A DNA stretch of 64,000 nt, from the NCBI GenBank assembly GCA_965219905.1, contig CBDCOS010000002.1, positions 284,625-348,624 on the forward strand, given 5' to 3'. A program made the translations under genes and the position numbers. The stretch is from an uncultured Candidatus Binatia bacterium. Lineage in GTDB: Bacteria > Desulfobacterota > Binatia > UBA9968 > JAJDTQ01. Positions 18,137-26,946 of this stretch are shown one piece after another; position 1 is the first letter of the stretch, and every line of letters starts with the position of its first letter. The notes under the pieces are model-generated. The model made no database searches. It saw nothing but the letters and a program-made list of their open reading frames with translations, and was not told the DNA's origin.

Positions 18137-19700
18137 CTAGCAGCCTGTCGGACTTGAGGTGCGGGCCACCACAAGATGTAGTATAGTCTCCTGGAAAAAT
18201 GTCCATGGAGAGGGTTCGTTATGAGCAACTTTCGCCCAGTTGATCGGGAGACCGGTTTTTTGCTGCCGCCGTCGGTTGATGAGTGGCTTCCGGAGCGGCA
18301 TTTGGCGCGGTTTGTGGTGGATGTGATCGAGGGGCTGGATTTGACGGCGTTGGTGAAGGCTTATCGGGGCTCGGGCTCGGCGTCGTACCATCCGAGCGTG
18401 CTGTTGGGTCTTCTGGTGTACGGCTATGCCACGGGGGTGTTTTCGAGCCGGGCTCTGGAGCGAGCGACTTACGATTCGGTGGCGTTCCGTTTCATTGCAG
18501 CCAACGATCATCCCGACCATGACACCATAGCGACGTTCCGGCGGCGGTTTCTTTCGGAGGTCGAAGGGCTGTTCGTGCAGGTTCTTATGCTGGCTCGGGA
18601 GGCGGGGCTGTTGAAGCTGGGCACGGTGGCGCTGGACGGCACCAAGGTGCACGCCCATGCCAGCCGCCACAGGGCGCTGTCCTACGGGCACGCCGGCAAG
18701 CTCGAAGGGGAGTTGCAGGCGGAGGTGGCGGAGTTGATGAGAGTGGCGGAGGCGGCGGACACGGCGGATGTGCCGGATGGGATGTCGGTGCCGGAGGAGT
18801 TGGCCCGACGAAACACGCGCTTGGCGCGCATTGCCGAGGCCAAGGCGACCATCGAGGCGCGAGCGCAAGAGCGCTACGAGCGGGAGCAGGAAGAGTACCG
18901 GGCGAAGATGAGGGCGCGGGAGGACAAGGCACAGCGCAAGGGCCGCAAGCCGGGTGGGCGGCCGCCAAAGCCGCCTGTGGCAGGTCCGCGTCCCAAGGAC
19001 CAAGTCAATCTGACGGACGCGGACTCGCGCATCATGCCGGTGGCCGGCGACGGCTTTGAACAGGCCTACAACGCTCAGGCGGTGGTGGCGAGCGAGAGCC
19101 TGCTGGTGCTCACCACCGATGTGGTTCAGGCGGCCAACGACAAGGAACAGATCGAACCGGCGCTGAAAAAGCTCAAGCAACTCCCCGAAGCGTTGGGCTC
19201 GCCCGAGACCCTGCTGGCGGACAGCGGCTACTACAGCGAAGCCAACGTCGAAGCCTGCGTCGAGGCGACCATCGCGCCGCTGATCTCTCCGGGTCGCGAA
19301 CGCCACCATCTTTCCTGGAAAGAGCGTTTCGCCCAAGCCCCGCCACCGCCGGAGGCGCCGAGCGCCGTGCAGGCCATGGCTCATCGCCTGGCAACGCCCG
19401 AGGGCCGGCAAACCTACGCCCTGCGCAAACACACGCCGGAACCGGTGTTCGGCATCATCAAGTCGGTAATGGGCTTCCGTCAGTTCCATCTGCGCGGCCT
19501 CCAGCAGGTCAAGGGAGAATGGAACCTCGTGACCCTGGCCTGGAACATCAAGCGCATGTTTGCCCTCAACGCCGCCTGAACCCTCGGCCGCAATACACCT
19601 CCTCGCCATCTTCAAACCGCTTGCACCCATAACCATGACCCCAGCCAACTTCAACCCTCTTATATCGCTCCTCTCAAACCTCAGTCCGACAGGCTGCTAG
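18137..19700 (+). mobile_element. IS1182-family (IS5/IS1182 superfamily) insertion sequence, ~1.56 kb, ~23-bp imperfect terminal inverted repeats
   Basis: IRL ctagcagcctgtcggacttgaggt (18137-) versus IRR reverse complement ctagcagcctgtcggactgaggt (-19700); single transposase ORF inside. Confidence 0.8.
18221..19579 (+). CDS. IS1182-family DDE transposase
   Basis: 452 aa; N-terminal InsH-like domain (LPERHLARFVVDVIEGLDL...YHPSVLLGLLVYGYATGVFSSR) plus C-terminal DDE region. Confidence 0.8.
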   Translation: MSNFRPVDRETGFLLPPSVDEWLPERHLARFVVDVIEGLDLTALVKAYRGSGSASYHPSVLLGLLVYGYATGVFSSRALERATYDSVAFRFIAANDHPDHDTIATFRRRFLSEVEGLFVQVLMLAREAGLLKLGTVALDGTKVHAHASRHRALSYGHAGKLEGELQAEVAELMRVAEAADTADVPDGMSVPEELARRNTRLARIAEAKATIEARAQERYEREQEEYRAKMRAREDKAQRKGRKPGGRPPKPPVAGPRPKDQVNLTDADSRIMPVAGDGFEQAYNAQAVVASESLLVLTTDVVQAANDKEQIEPALKKLKQLPEALGSPETLLADSGYYSEANVEACVEATIAPLISPGRERHHLSWKERFAQAPPPPEAPSAVQAMAHRLATPEGRQTYALRKHTPEPVFGIIKSVMGFRQFHLRGLQQVKGEWNLVTLAWNIKRMFALNAA

Positions 19701-19703
19701 GGT

Positions 19704-19745
19704 GCGGGAATGACGGAGGGGTGCGGCGGAGGGCATGCGGGAGGT
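19704..19745. repeat. REP-related repeat remnants on the right flank of the IS (ggtgcgggaatgacggaggggtgcggcggagg)
   Basis: Repeats the gaatgacggag(a/g)ggtgcgg unit seen on the left flank. Confidence 0.5.
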
Positions 19746-19751
19746 GCCGGA

Positions 19752-20315
19752 TTACGTGGATCTCGCACGCAGCAACCGCAGAAACCGCACGTGGTAGTCG
19801 ACGCCGGACCAGACCGCGAGCACGGTGGAGAGCACGAGGAAGTACATGCCCGCGACGAAGAAGTCGATGCCAAGGTAGGGGTAGTGGAGCATCAACCCCA
19901 CCAGGGCGAATGTCTGCACCAGGAGCTTGTACTTGCCCAGCTCGTCGGCGGGTATGACGATGCCCTCGGTCAATGCGATGCCGCGCAGCACGGTCACGGC
20001 CACTTCGCGCGCGACGATGATCACCACCAGCCACACGGGCACGTACGCGTCGCCGGGACGGTCGATGGCCACCAGCATGATGAGCGCGGTGACCACCAGC
20101 AGCTTGTCGGCCAGGGGGTCCAGTATCTTGCCGAAGTCGGACACGCTCTTGTTCCTGCGCGCCAGGTAGCCGTCCAGCATGTCCGTCACCGAGGCAATGA
20201 TGAAGACCAGCGCGGCTAGCGCGCAGGACACCGGATCGGTGAACGACATGAGGTAGGCCAGGAACGGAACCAGGAGGATCCGGAACAGGCTCAGGAGGTT
20301 CGGCAGTGTCCACAT
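19752..20315 (-). CDS. pgsA: CDP-diacylglycerol--glycerol-3-phosphate 3-phosphatidyltransferase
   Basis: CDP-alcohol phosphatidyltransferase motif DMLDGYLARR...GKILDPLADK; 187 aa, multiple TM segments. Confidence 0.8.
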   Translation of the reverse strand: MWTLPNLLSLFRILLVPFLAYLMSFTDPVSCALAALVFIIASVTDMLDGYLARRNKSVSDFGKILDPLADKLLVVTALIMLVAIDRPGDAYVPVWLVVIIVAREVAVTVLRGIALTEGIVIPADELGKYKLLVQTFALVGLMLHYPYLGIDFFVAGMYFLVLSTVLAVWSGVDYHVRFLRLLRARST

Positions 20316-20331
20316 GGCGATGGCAGACCGT

Positions 20332-21267
20332 CTACGTGTTGGACCATCTCGACCACGCGATCAGCAGTACGCCCAGCACCACCATGGAGGTGGCGAAGAC
20401 CTTGCGCCTCGTGATCGGGTCCGAGTCACCCAGAATAAGCGGGGAAAGTCCCAGGGTAAAGAGCGAGAAACAATGGACCAGCGGGGAAACCACTGACACG
20501 TCCGCCATATCCAGGGCGGTGAACATGAAGAAGTAGGCGACGAAATGGACGAACCCTACCAGCGCGAAGCAGCCGAGCGTGCCCCATCCGCAAATCCTCA
20601 ACCGGCCCAGGCCGTGTACCGGGAAATAGGCCGCGGACATGGTGAGAAAAGAGGTGGTCACGGTGATGGCCGCCCCCACCATCGGCGCCGGCCCGGCGAG
20701 AAGCCCGAGGCGGACGACGTTGTCACGGAGCCCAGCGAACATCGCTCCCGCCACCGGATAAAACAGGTCCCGGGGGCGCCAGGATCTCGATTCGCCCTTC
20801 CACGAGAGGAACACCAGGCCGGAGACGACGGCCACCGCCCCCAGCACGTTCGCCGGGCCGGGCCTTTCGTCCAGTAGCACGATGGCAAGGAGCACGGCGA
20901 AGAGCGGCGCCGAATTGAGCACTGCAGTGGCCGCCGCTGCGCCCATCCTCTCGATACCCTTGAACGCCACCAGGCGGAACAGTCCCGGAACGATGAGGCC
21001 CGAGGCCGCGAAGATCAGGTTGGCCCCGGCCCAAAGCTCCGAGAGGTCGTGGAAGGTGAACACGAAGAGCCACAACACCAACCCGTTGAAGAAGAGGTCC
21101 ACCACCAGGCCGCTGAAGGGATCGAGGTCCTGCACGCCTCGATGAACCAGGGTCGCCGTGCAGGCAAAAGCAAGAGAGGCCAGCAGGCCCAAGGCGACGG
21201 CGAGCATATCGGGAATGGTCCGGGCGGGGCGGATCTGACGCCGCGTTGCGTAGGTGGCGCCCGTCAC
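20332..21267 (-). CDS. EamA/DMT-superfamily transporter
   Basis: ~10 TM segments, duplicated EamA-like halves; start position uncertain. Confidence 0.6.
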   Translation of the reverse strand: MTGATYATRRQIRPARTIPDMLAVALGLLASLAFACTATLVHRGVQDLDPFSGLVVDLFFNGLVLWLFVFTFHDLSELWAGANLIFAASGLIVPGLFRLVAFKGIERMGAAAATAVLNSAPLFAVLLAIVLLDERPGPANVLGAVAVVSGLVFLSWKGESRSWRPRDLFYPVAGAMFAGLRDNVVRLGLLAGPAPMVGAAITVTTSFLTMSAAYFPVHGLGRLRICGWGTLGCFALVGFVHFVAYFFMFTALDMADVSVVSPLVHCFSLFTLGLSPLILGDSDPITRRKVFATSMVVLGVLLIAWSRWSNT

Positions 21268-21288
21268 GGGCGGGTTTGAAACCCGCCC

Positions 21289-22811
21289 CTACTCGCGCGG
21301 TGTTTCTACGCCCAACCTCTTCTCGATCTCGTCTTCCAGCGAACGGCCCCGGCGCGCCTGAATCACGGAGTAGACCAGCGTGGCCACGATGAGGGCGGCG
21401 ATGCAGACCACGGTGGGGTGTACGAGCCACCCGGCACCGTAGGCGCTGCTGGAGATCCACAGGTAATTCTCGACGATGGTGCCCAGCACGAGGCCCAGCA
21501 CGAACGGCGGCCTCGGCCACTGAAACAGCACCATGACGTAGCCCACGATGCCGAAGATGACCGTGACGATGATGTCGCTGAAGTTGTTGTGGGCCGCGAA
21601 AGCGCCCAGGAACACGAACATGAGCAGGAACGGTATCAGGAGCTGACCCCTGACGAAGGTGAGCTTCACGAGCTGATTGAGGAACAGGAAGCTCGCGCCC
21701 ACGGTGAGGATGTTGGCCACCACCAGGATCCACACCATGGCGAAGGTCACGTCCAGATGCTTGGTGAGCATCTCCGGACCGGGGTTGAGGCCGACGATGA
21801 GGAACGCCCCCAGGAGGATCGCCATGGCGCTACTGCCGGGGATGCCGAAGGCCACCGTGGGAATGAGGTTGCCTCCCTCGCGGGAGTTGTTGGCAGCCCC
21901 CGGCCCAAGGACGCCGCGTACGTCGCCCTTGCCGAAGCTGCTCTTGTCCTTGGCCGACTGCACGGCGTGGCCGTAGGCCAGCCACTGGGAGACGCCGCCC
22001 CCCAGGCCCGGCAAGGCGCCGATGAACGCGCCGATGAAGCCGCAGCGCATGGTCAGGCCGAAGTGGCGGAAGGTGTCCTTGACCCCTTCCATGACACCGG
22101 TGATCTTGCCGATCTTGGCCTCCGCGATGCTGGTGCCGCGCACCGCCAGGTCGATGATCTCCGGGATGGCGAAGAGCCCGACCACCACGGGGCCCAGGCT
22201 CAGGCCATCCCAGAGATACAGCGTGCCCAATGTGTAACGCAGCGTCCCGGTCTGGGGATCGACGCCTATGGACGCCAGCATGAGGCCGATGCCTCCGCAC
22301 AGAAGCCCCTTGGTGAGCGACGATCCGCTCAGCGAGGCAATGAAGGTGATGCCCAGGATCGCCAGCATGAACAGCTCCGGAGAGCCGAAGAACAGCACCA
22401 GCGGGCGCATGATGGGAATGGCGAGTGCCAGGATGACGGCGCCTTCGAGGCCGGCCACCAGCGAGCTCATGAGCGCGGCGCCCATGGCCCGCCCGGCTTC
22501 CCCGTTCTTGGTCATGGGATAGCCGTCCATGATGGTGGCCGCGGCCGTGCCTTCTCCCGGGATGCCGAAGAGGATCGAGGTGAGGTCACCGGTGGTGCCG
22601 GTGATGGCGTGCATGCCCAGGAGAAAGGAAAAGGCCGAGATCGGCTCCCCGATCTTGTAGGCGAAGGGGAGCATCAGGGCCAGGGTGGCCAAGCCGCCCA
22701 GGCCGGGAGAATCCCCACGATGAACCCCACCAACGCGCCCAACAGCAGGAAGCCGAAGGCCGGCCATGAGAGGACGTGAAGCAGTCCGTCTATGAAGGCG
22801 TCGAGCATCAT
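21289..22811 (-). CDS. tctA: tripartite tricarboxylate transporter large permease TctA, with an apparent -1 frameshift near codon 35
   Basis: True N-terminus MMLDAFIDGLLHVLSWPAFGFLLLGALVGFIVGILP (from 22811) reads in a different frame from the body (...LPGLGGLATLALMLPFAYKIGEP...); one G missing in the run at ~22706-22710. Confidence 0.7.
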
Positions 22812-22820
22812 GCCGGGGAA

Positions 22821-23876
22821 CTACCTCCCAAGGATCTCCCTTACGCCGGCCACGACATCCTTGGGCTGGCTGACGACGTTCACGGCCACCTTCTGCAGAT
22901 CCTCGCCCCTCTTCAACTGGAACGGCACCATCCGCCCCTTCTTGGCCTCGGCGCCCAGCTTCGCGTCCCCGAGGGTCTTGGCATAGGCGTCACGCAGGAT
23001 CTTCACGCGATCGCCCGGAACACCCGGCGCAACGGCGAACGGACGTCCGAAGTCACCGCTGGCGAAGATCACCGTGGCGATGGCCCGAATTCCCTTCGGC
23101 GTATTGTGCTGCTCCATCAGCTCGTGAATGGTGGGGGTATCCTTCATCCTGGCGTCGCGTTCCCTCCCGGTCTGAACCAGCGGCCGTGCAAACTTCTTCT
23201 TGTGCCAGGTCAGGTAGGGCTCACGCCCGAAGAACGGCGGGATGGACAGGCCGCGGCACGACACCTCGTTGCGCTCCACCGCCAGGTCGATCTCGCTGCC
23301 GCCGGGATAACCCGAGACCATCTTGAAGTTCGCTCCCACGGCCTTCTCCAGCACCTTGCCCAGGAGATAGCTGTTGCCGCTCGTGCCGGTGTTGCCCAGC
23401 TTGGCCGCGTCGTCTTTCATCTTGATCAGGTCGTCGATGCTCTTGTACTTCGAGTCGCTGCGGCAGAAGAGCACGGAGTGGCTCACCTCCTGCGTGCCGA
23501 TCCACTGGAACTTGGCCATGTCGAAGCGGACCTCCTTCCGCCCCACGACCTGATCCAGGTACAGGCCCGCCAAGGGCATCACGATGGCCGTGCCGTCCTG
23601 CTTGGCGATGTTGTAGACGTAGTTGGCGGCGATGAGAGAGCCGGCCCCGGGCATGTTCTGGACGATGATGTCGGGATTGCCCGGAATGTACTGGCCCATG
23701 TGCCGCGCGAACAGCCTGGCCCACCGGTCGTAGAACCCGCCCGGCGAACAGCACACCAGGATGCGGATGGTCTTGCCCTCGTAGAAGTCCTTCGCCGCCG
23801 ACTGTCCCGCGAAGCTCATGACGATGAACCCGGCCAGCAGCAGCACGAGAAAAATTCGACAGATCGCTCGCTTCAT
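22821..23876 (-). CDS. tctC: tripartite tricarboxylate transporter substrate-binding protein TctC
   Basis: Signal peptide MKRAICRIFLVLLLAGFIVMSFAGQSAA then Bug/TctC core; start taken at internal M15. Confidence 0.8.
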   Translation of the reverse strand: MKRAICRIFLVLLLAGFIVMSFAGQSAAKDFYEGKTIRILVCCSPGGFYDRWARLFARHMGQYIPGNPDIIVQNMPGAGSLIAANYVYNIAKQDGTAIVMPLAGLYLDQVVGRKEVRFDMAKFQWIGTQEVSHSVLFCRSDSKYKSIDDLIKMKDDAAKLGNTGTSGNSYLLGKVLEKAVGANFKMVSGYPGGSEIDLAVERNEVSCRGLSIPPFFGREPYLTWHKKKFARPLVQTGRERDARMKDTPTIHELMEQHNTPKGIRAIATVIFASGDFGRPFAVAPGVPGDRVKILRDAYAKTLGDAKLGAEAKKGRMVPFQLKRGEDLQKVAVNVVSQPKDVVAGVREILGR

Positions 23877-23960
23877 TGCACACCTCCGTGTTTGGAACCG
23901 AGACCCCCTGCACCACACAAACGGGCGCAGGGTTACGACTCGCCTCTCTCGTATCCCTGT

Positions 23961-24449
23961 CTATTCAAAACCCAGCCAACGAAATACCTGGCCCTCGGGA
24001 AACGGCAGCAACAGCGTCCGCTCGAACACGACGTAGTACACCAGCCACGCGCAGGCCGTGAGGATCAACGACATGGGCCAGCCTTCCTTCGACTGAATCT
24101 TCAGATAGCCGAAGGTCATGGCCGCGACGGTGATGGAGAACCCCAGGAACCAGATGCCGGCCATGAACCCCACGATCCAGAAAAGGATGTTCACGGTGCG
24201 CCTGACCGCCACGGCCCACTCAACGGTCTGCGTGAGCTGGAAGTCGGAGGGCGCGTTGGCCGAGGCATTCTCCTCCCTCGGCCCACGCACCTCCTGGACG
24301 ATATTGATGACCGCCAGGAGGATCATGGGAATGCCGATGGCCCAGGGGTAGAGACGCGCCTGCAGGCGCCACTCTCCGGCCTCCCACACCAGGTAGCCGA
24401 AGAAGATCAGGACCAGGAAGCTGAAGACCGTCCTGGGTGTCAGTCGCAC
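23961..24449 (-). CDS. tctB: tripartite tricarboxylate transporter small permease TctB
   Basis: 162 aa, 4 TM segments, adjacent to tctC/tctA. Confidence 0.65.
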   Translation of the reverse strand: MRLTPRTVFSFLVLIFFGYLVWEAGEWRLQARLYPWAIGIPMILLAVINIVQEVRGPREENASANAPSDFQLTQTVEWAVAVRRTVNILFWIVGFMAGIWFLGFSITVAAMTFGYLKIQSKEGWPMSLILTACAWLVYYVVFERTLLLPFPEGQVFRWLGFE

Positions 24450-24479
24450 GCGATAACCCTGCTGTTGCCCGTTACGCGG

Positions 24480-25493
24480 CTAGTCCCAACCGTAGAGCGC
24501 CTTGGCGTTCTCTCCCAGGAACTTGGCCTTGAAGTCGTCGGAAATGTCCGTCCGCTCCTTGATGGTCTTGGTCACGTTGGGGAACATGCCGTCCCAGTGC
24601 GGGTAGTCGGAGGCGAACACGATGGTCTTGTCTCCGATCCGCTCGATGCCGTAAGGGAGGCTCTCCTCCTCCGGCTCGGCCGCGTAGTACCAGTTCCCCG
24701 CCTTCATGTACTCGCTGGGCCTGTCCTTGAGCAGCGGCGCCTCGGACTGCCGATGCTCCCACTCCTCGTCCATGCGGTCCATCCAGTAGGGGACCCAGCC
24801 GACGCCGCATTCCAGGAACGCGATGCGGAGCTTCGGAAACCGCTCCGGCACGCCGCCGTACATCAGCGCCGCGCAGTCCAGCATGGTCTCGAAGGGACGG
24901 CCGATGGTGTGCTTGAACAGGAACGTGTCGAACCGGTTCTCGCCGGCCGGACCCGAGCGCGAGTTGTGGATCAGCAGCGGTACGTCGAGCCGCTCCAGCT
25001 CCTCGTAGATGGGCCAGAAGAGCTCCTGCCCCAGGTGGTCCTTCATGCCGAAGGTGCCCACCGTGATGCCCACCACGCCGAGCTTGGTGACCGCACGGTT
25101 GATCTCCTCGACGGCCGCCGGCACGTCCTGGAAGGGCGCGACGCCGACGCCCTTGAGCCGTTCCGGCGCCTCGCTGCACATGCTCGAGATCCAGTTGTTG
25201 TAGGCCCGCGAGAAGGCGCCCGCGTAGGCCTTCTCCGGCATGCGGTTGACGTGGAACGCGCCGGTGGGAAACAGCACCGACATCTCGATCCCCTCGGTGT
25301 CCATGTCGCGCAGGCGCGTGGGGACGTCGGTGATGTTCATCCCCAGGGTGCCGAACATGCTGGAGTCCCACTCGTCCGACGGCAGCAGCGAACCCTCCCG
25401 CTTGTTCCAGGGGTCTTCCATGTGCGCCCGGATGTCCGCGTCCCGGTCCCTGACGTGCCCGTCGGCGTCAATGATCTTGGCGTTGACGTTCAT
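24480..25493 (-). CDS. amidohydrolase_2 family protein
   Basis: IDADGHV..., ...ASDYPHWDG...; co-oriented with the tct genes. Confidence 0.75.
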   Translation of the reverse strand: MNVNAKIIDADGHVRDRDADIRAHMEDPWNKREGSLLPSDEWDSSMFGTLGMNITDVPTRLRDMDTEGIEMSVLFPTGAFHVNRMPEKAYAGAFSRAYNNWISSMCSEAPERLKGVGVAPFQDVPAAVEEINRAVTKLGVVGITVGTFGMKDHLGQELFWPIYEELERLDVPLLIHNSRSGPAGENRFDTFLFKHTIGRPFETMLDCAALMYGGVPERFPKLRIAFLECGVGWVPYWMDRMDEEWEHRQSEAPLLKDRPSEYMKAGNWYYAAEPEEESLPYGIERIGDKTIVFASDYPHWDGMFPNVTKTIKERTDISDDFKAKFLGENAKALYGWD

Positions 25494-25518
25494 ATTGCCT
25501 CCTTCAAGGTTTTCAATG

Positions 25519-26559
25519 CTATTGCGAGAACCTCACCTGCGCCGGATTCAGGGCGCCGTGCTTCGACTTGTTGGCGGTGATGTCCAGGGCCTCGGGCATC
25601 TTGTCGATGCCTTCGAGCTTGTGGGTGATCATGGGATCGATGTTGATGCGCTTTTGCGCCACCAGCCGGGCGGCCAGGGTCATTTCCCCGGGGTGGGCCA
25701 GCTCCGGCGGGAACATGTAGGTGACCCGCTTGGCCCGGAGGTAGTTGAAGTCCAGGGTGACGGGCTCGTGGAAGTGCGGGATGCTGAGCACCTTGCCGCC
25801 GGCCGCCACGCACGCCACCGCCTCCGAGACCGTGGCGCCGCCGGACAGTCCCATCTGCGGGCTGCCGCTGGCGGCCTCGATGACGAAGGGAATGCCCTTG
25901 CCGTGGCTCAGGTCCATCACCGCATCGACGACGTTCTCCCTGGAAGCGTCGATGGTGACGTCGATCCCCAGCTCCTTGGCCAACTCGAGAATTTCCGGCC
26001 TCATGTCGGTGCCGATGACCGTGTCCGCGCCCGCGGCCTTCGCCGCCTGGGCGGAGTTGAGGCCCATGACGCCCTGGCCCAGCACCAGCACCGTGTCCCC
26101 CAGCGTCACCCCCAGCACCTGGATGTTGTGAACGCAACTGGTCAGGGGCTGCAGCGCCGACACCTCCCAGTCGCTGATGCCCTCGGGAATCTTGGCCAGC
26201 GCATCCAGCGGCACCGCCGCGTACTCCGAGAACAGTCCCGGGAAATCCCGCCCGATGGTGCCGATCTCCGTGTGCGTGGCCCCCACCCGGTCCCCCACCG
26301 CGAGACCGTAGTTGTTGTCCTTCTCGATCTCGACGATCTCGGCGCAGAACTCGTGGCCGAACAGCGGCTCGGGACCCTGGGCGAGCTTCTTCTTGACCTT
26401 GTCGTAGCTGTTGGAACGCTCGCCGTAGAAGAGCTGCACCTCGGTCACCGAAGGCTGAACCACCCGGGTCTTCAACACCGCCCACCCAGGCCGGCACTCC
26501 GGCTCCGGCAACTCCTCCAGGCGCATGTCCTTGAACGCGTGTGTCACCCAACCCCGCAT
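25519..26559 (-). CDS. zinc-dependent alcohol dehydrogenase (MDR superfamily)
   Basis: GHEFCAEIVEI (catalytic Zn), GQGVMGLNSAQAAKAAGA Rossmann motif; 346 aa. Confidence 0.8.
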   Translation of the reverse strand: MRGWVTHAFKDMRLEELPEPECRPGWAVLKTRVVQPSVTEVQLFYGERSNSYDKVKKKLAQGPEPLFGHEFCAEIVEIEKDNNYGLAVGDRVGATHTEIGTIGRDFPGLFSEYAAVPLDALAKIPEGISDWEVSALQPLTSCVHNIQVLGVTLGDTVLVLGQGVMGLNSAQAAKAAGADTVIGTDMRPEILELAKELGIDVTIDASRENVVDAVMDLSHGKGIPFVIEAASGSPQMGLSGGATVSEAVACVAAGGKVLSIPHFHEPVTLDFNYLRAKRVTYMFPPELAHPGEMTLAARLVAQKRINIDPMITHKLEGIDKMPEALDITANKSKHGALNPAQVRFSQ

Positions 26560-26755
26560 GGCGCTTCCCTCCCTTCAGAGACGTGACCCTCATCTCCCAC
26601 GACAGGCGAGCCCGGGTTGACTTGGATCGGAGCGGTCGTGTCCGGTCAGGGGCAACGCGACCCAGTCATGGGCAACGCTGCTTTCGCTGACTAATAGTGA
26701 AAGCCTGAGGATTTTGCAAGGCGGACCGGGGATTCCACGGTCATGGGACAGGCGC

Positions 26756-26790
26756 GGCTTGCATGTTGACGGGCCGCGTTCTATGATTGA
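26756..26790 (+). promoter_or_regulatory. candidate sigma70 promoter for tRNA-Met (-35 TTGCAT, 17-nt spacer, -10 TATGAT)
   Basis: gcTTGCATgttgacgggccgcgttcTATGATtgag located ~35 nt upstream of tRNA 5' end. Confidence 0.35.
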
Positions 26791-26825
26791 GACCTCTCCC
26801 CGCGCGAGCGCGATTCACACACAAT

Positions 26826-26902
26826 GGCGGTGTAGCTCAGTTGGTCAGAGCACGCGGCTCATATCCGCGGCGTCGCTGGTTCAAGTCCAGCCACCGCCAC
26901 CA
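26826..26902 (+). tRNA. tRNA-Met (anticodon CAT; elongator type, could be tRNA-Ile2 if lysidinylated)
   Basis: GGCGGTGTAGCTCAGTTGGTCAGAGC...CTCATAT...GGTTCAAGTCCAGCCACCGCCACCA; G1:C72 pair and CGCGG anticodon stem argue against initiator. Confidence 0.85.
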
Positions 26903-26946
26903 CTCACCCCTTGAGACAGCCGGCCCGCACCACGGGCTCACGACTC

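Noticed and set aside
17944-18228. Small ORFs (63 and 75 aa) translating the REP elements (…PSFPRKRESRG…, …IPAFAGMTE…)
   Set aside because: They are read-through of palindromic repeats that recur in non-coding positions. Identical 'peptides' appear in any frame that crosses a REP.
22776-25580. 934-aa plus-strand ORF across tctC/tctB/amidohydrolase
   Set aside because: Antisense artefact. Translation is R/G/P/H-rich with no domains.
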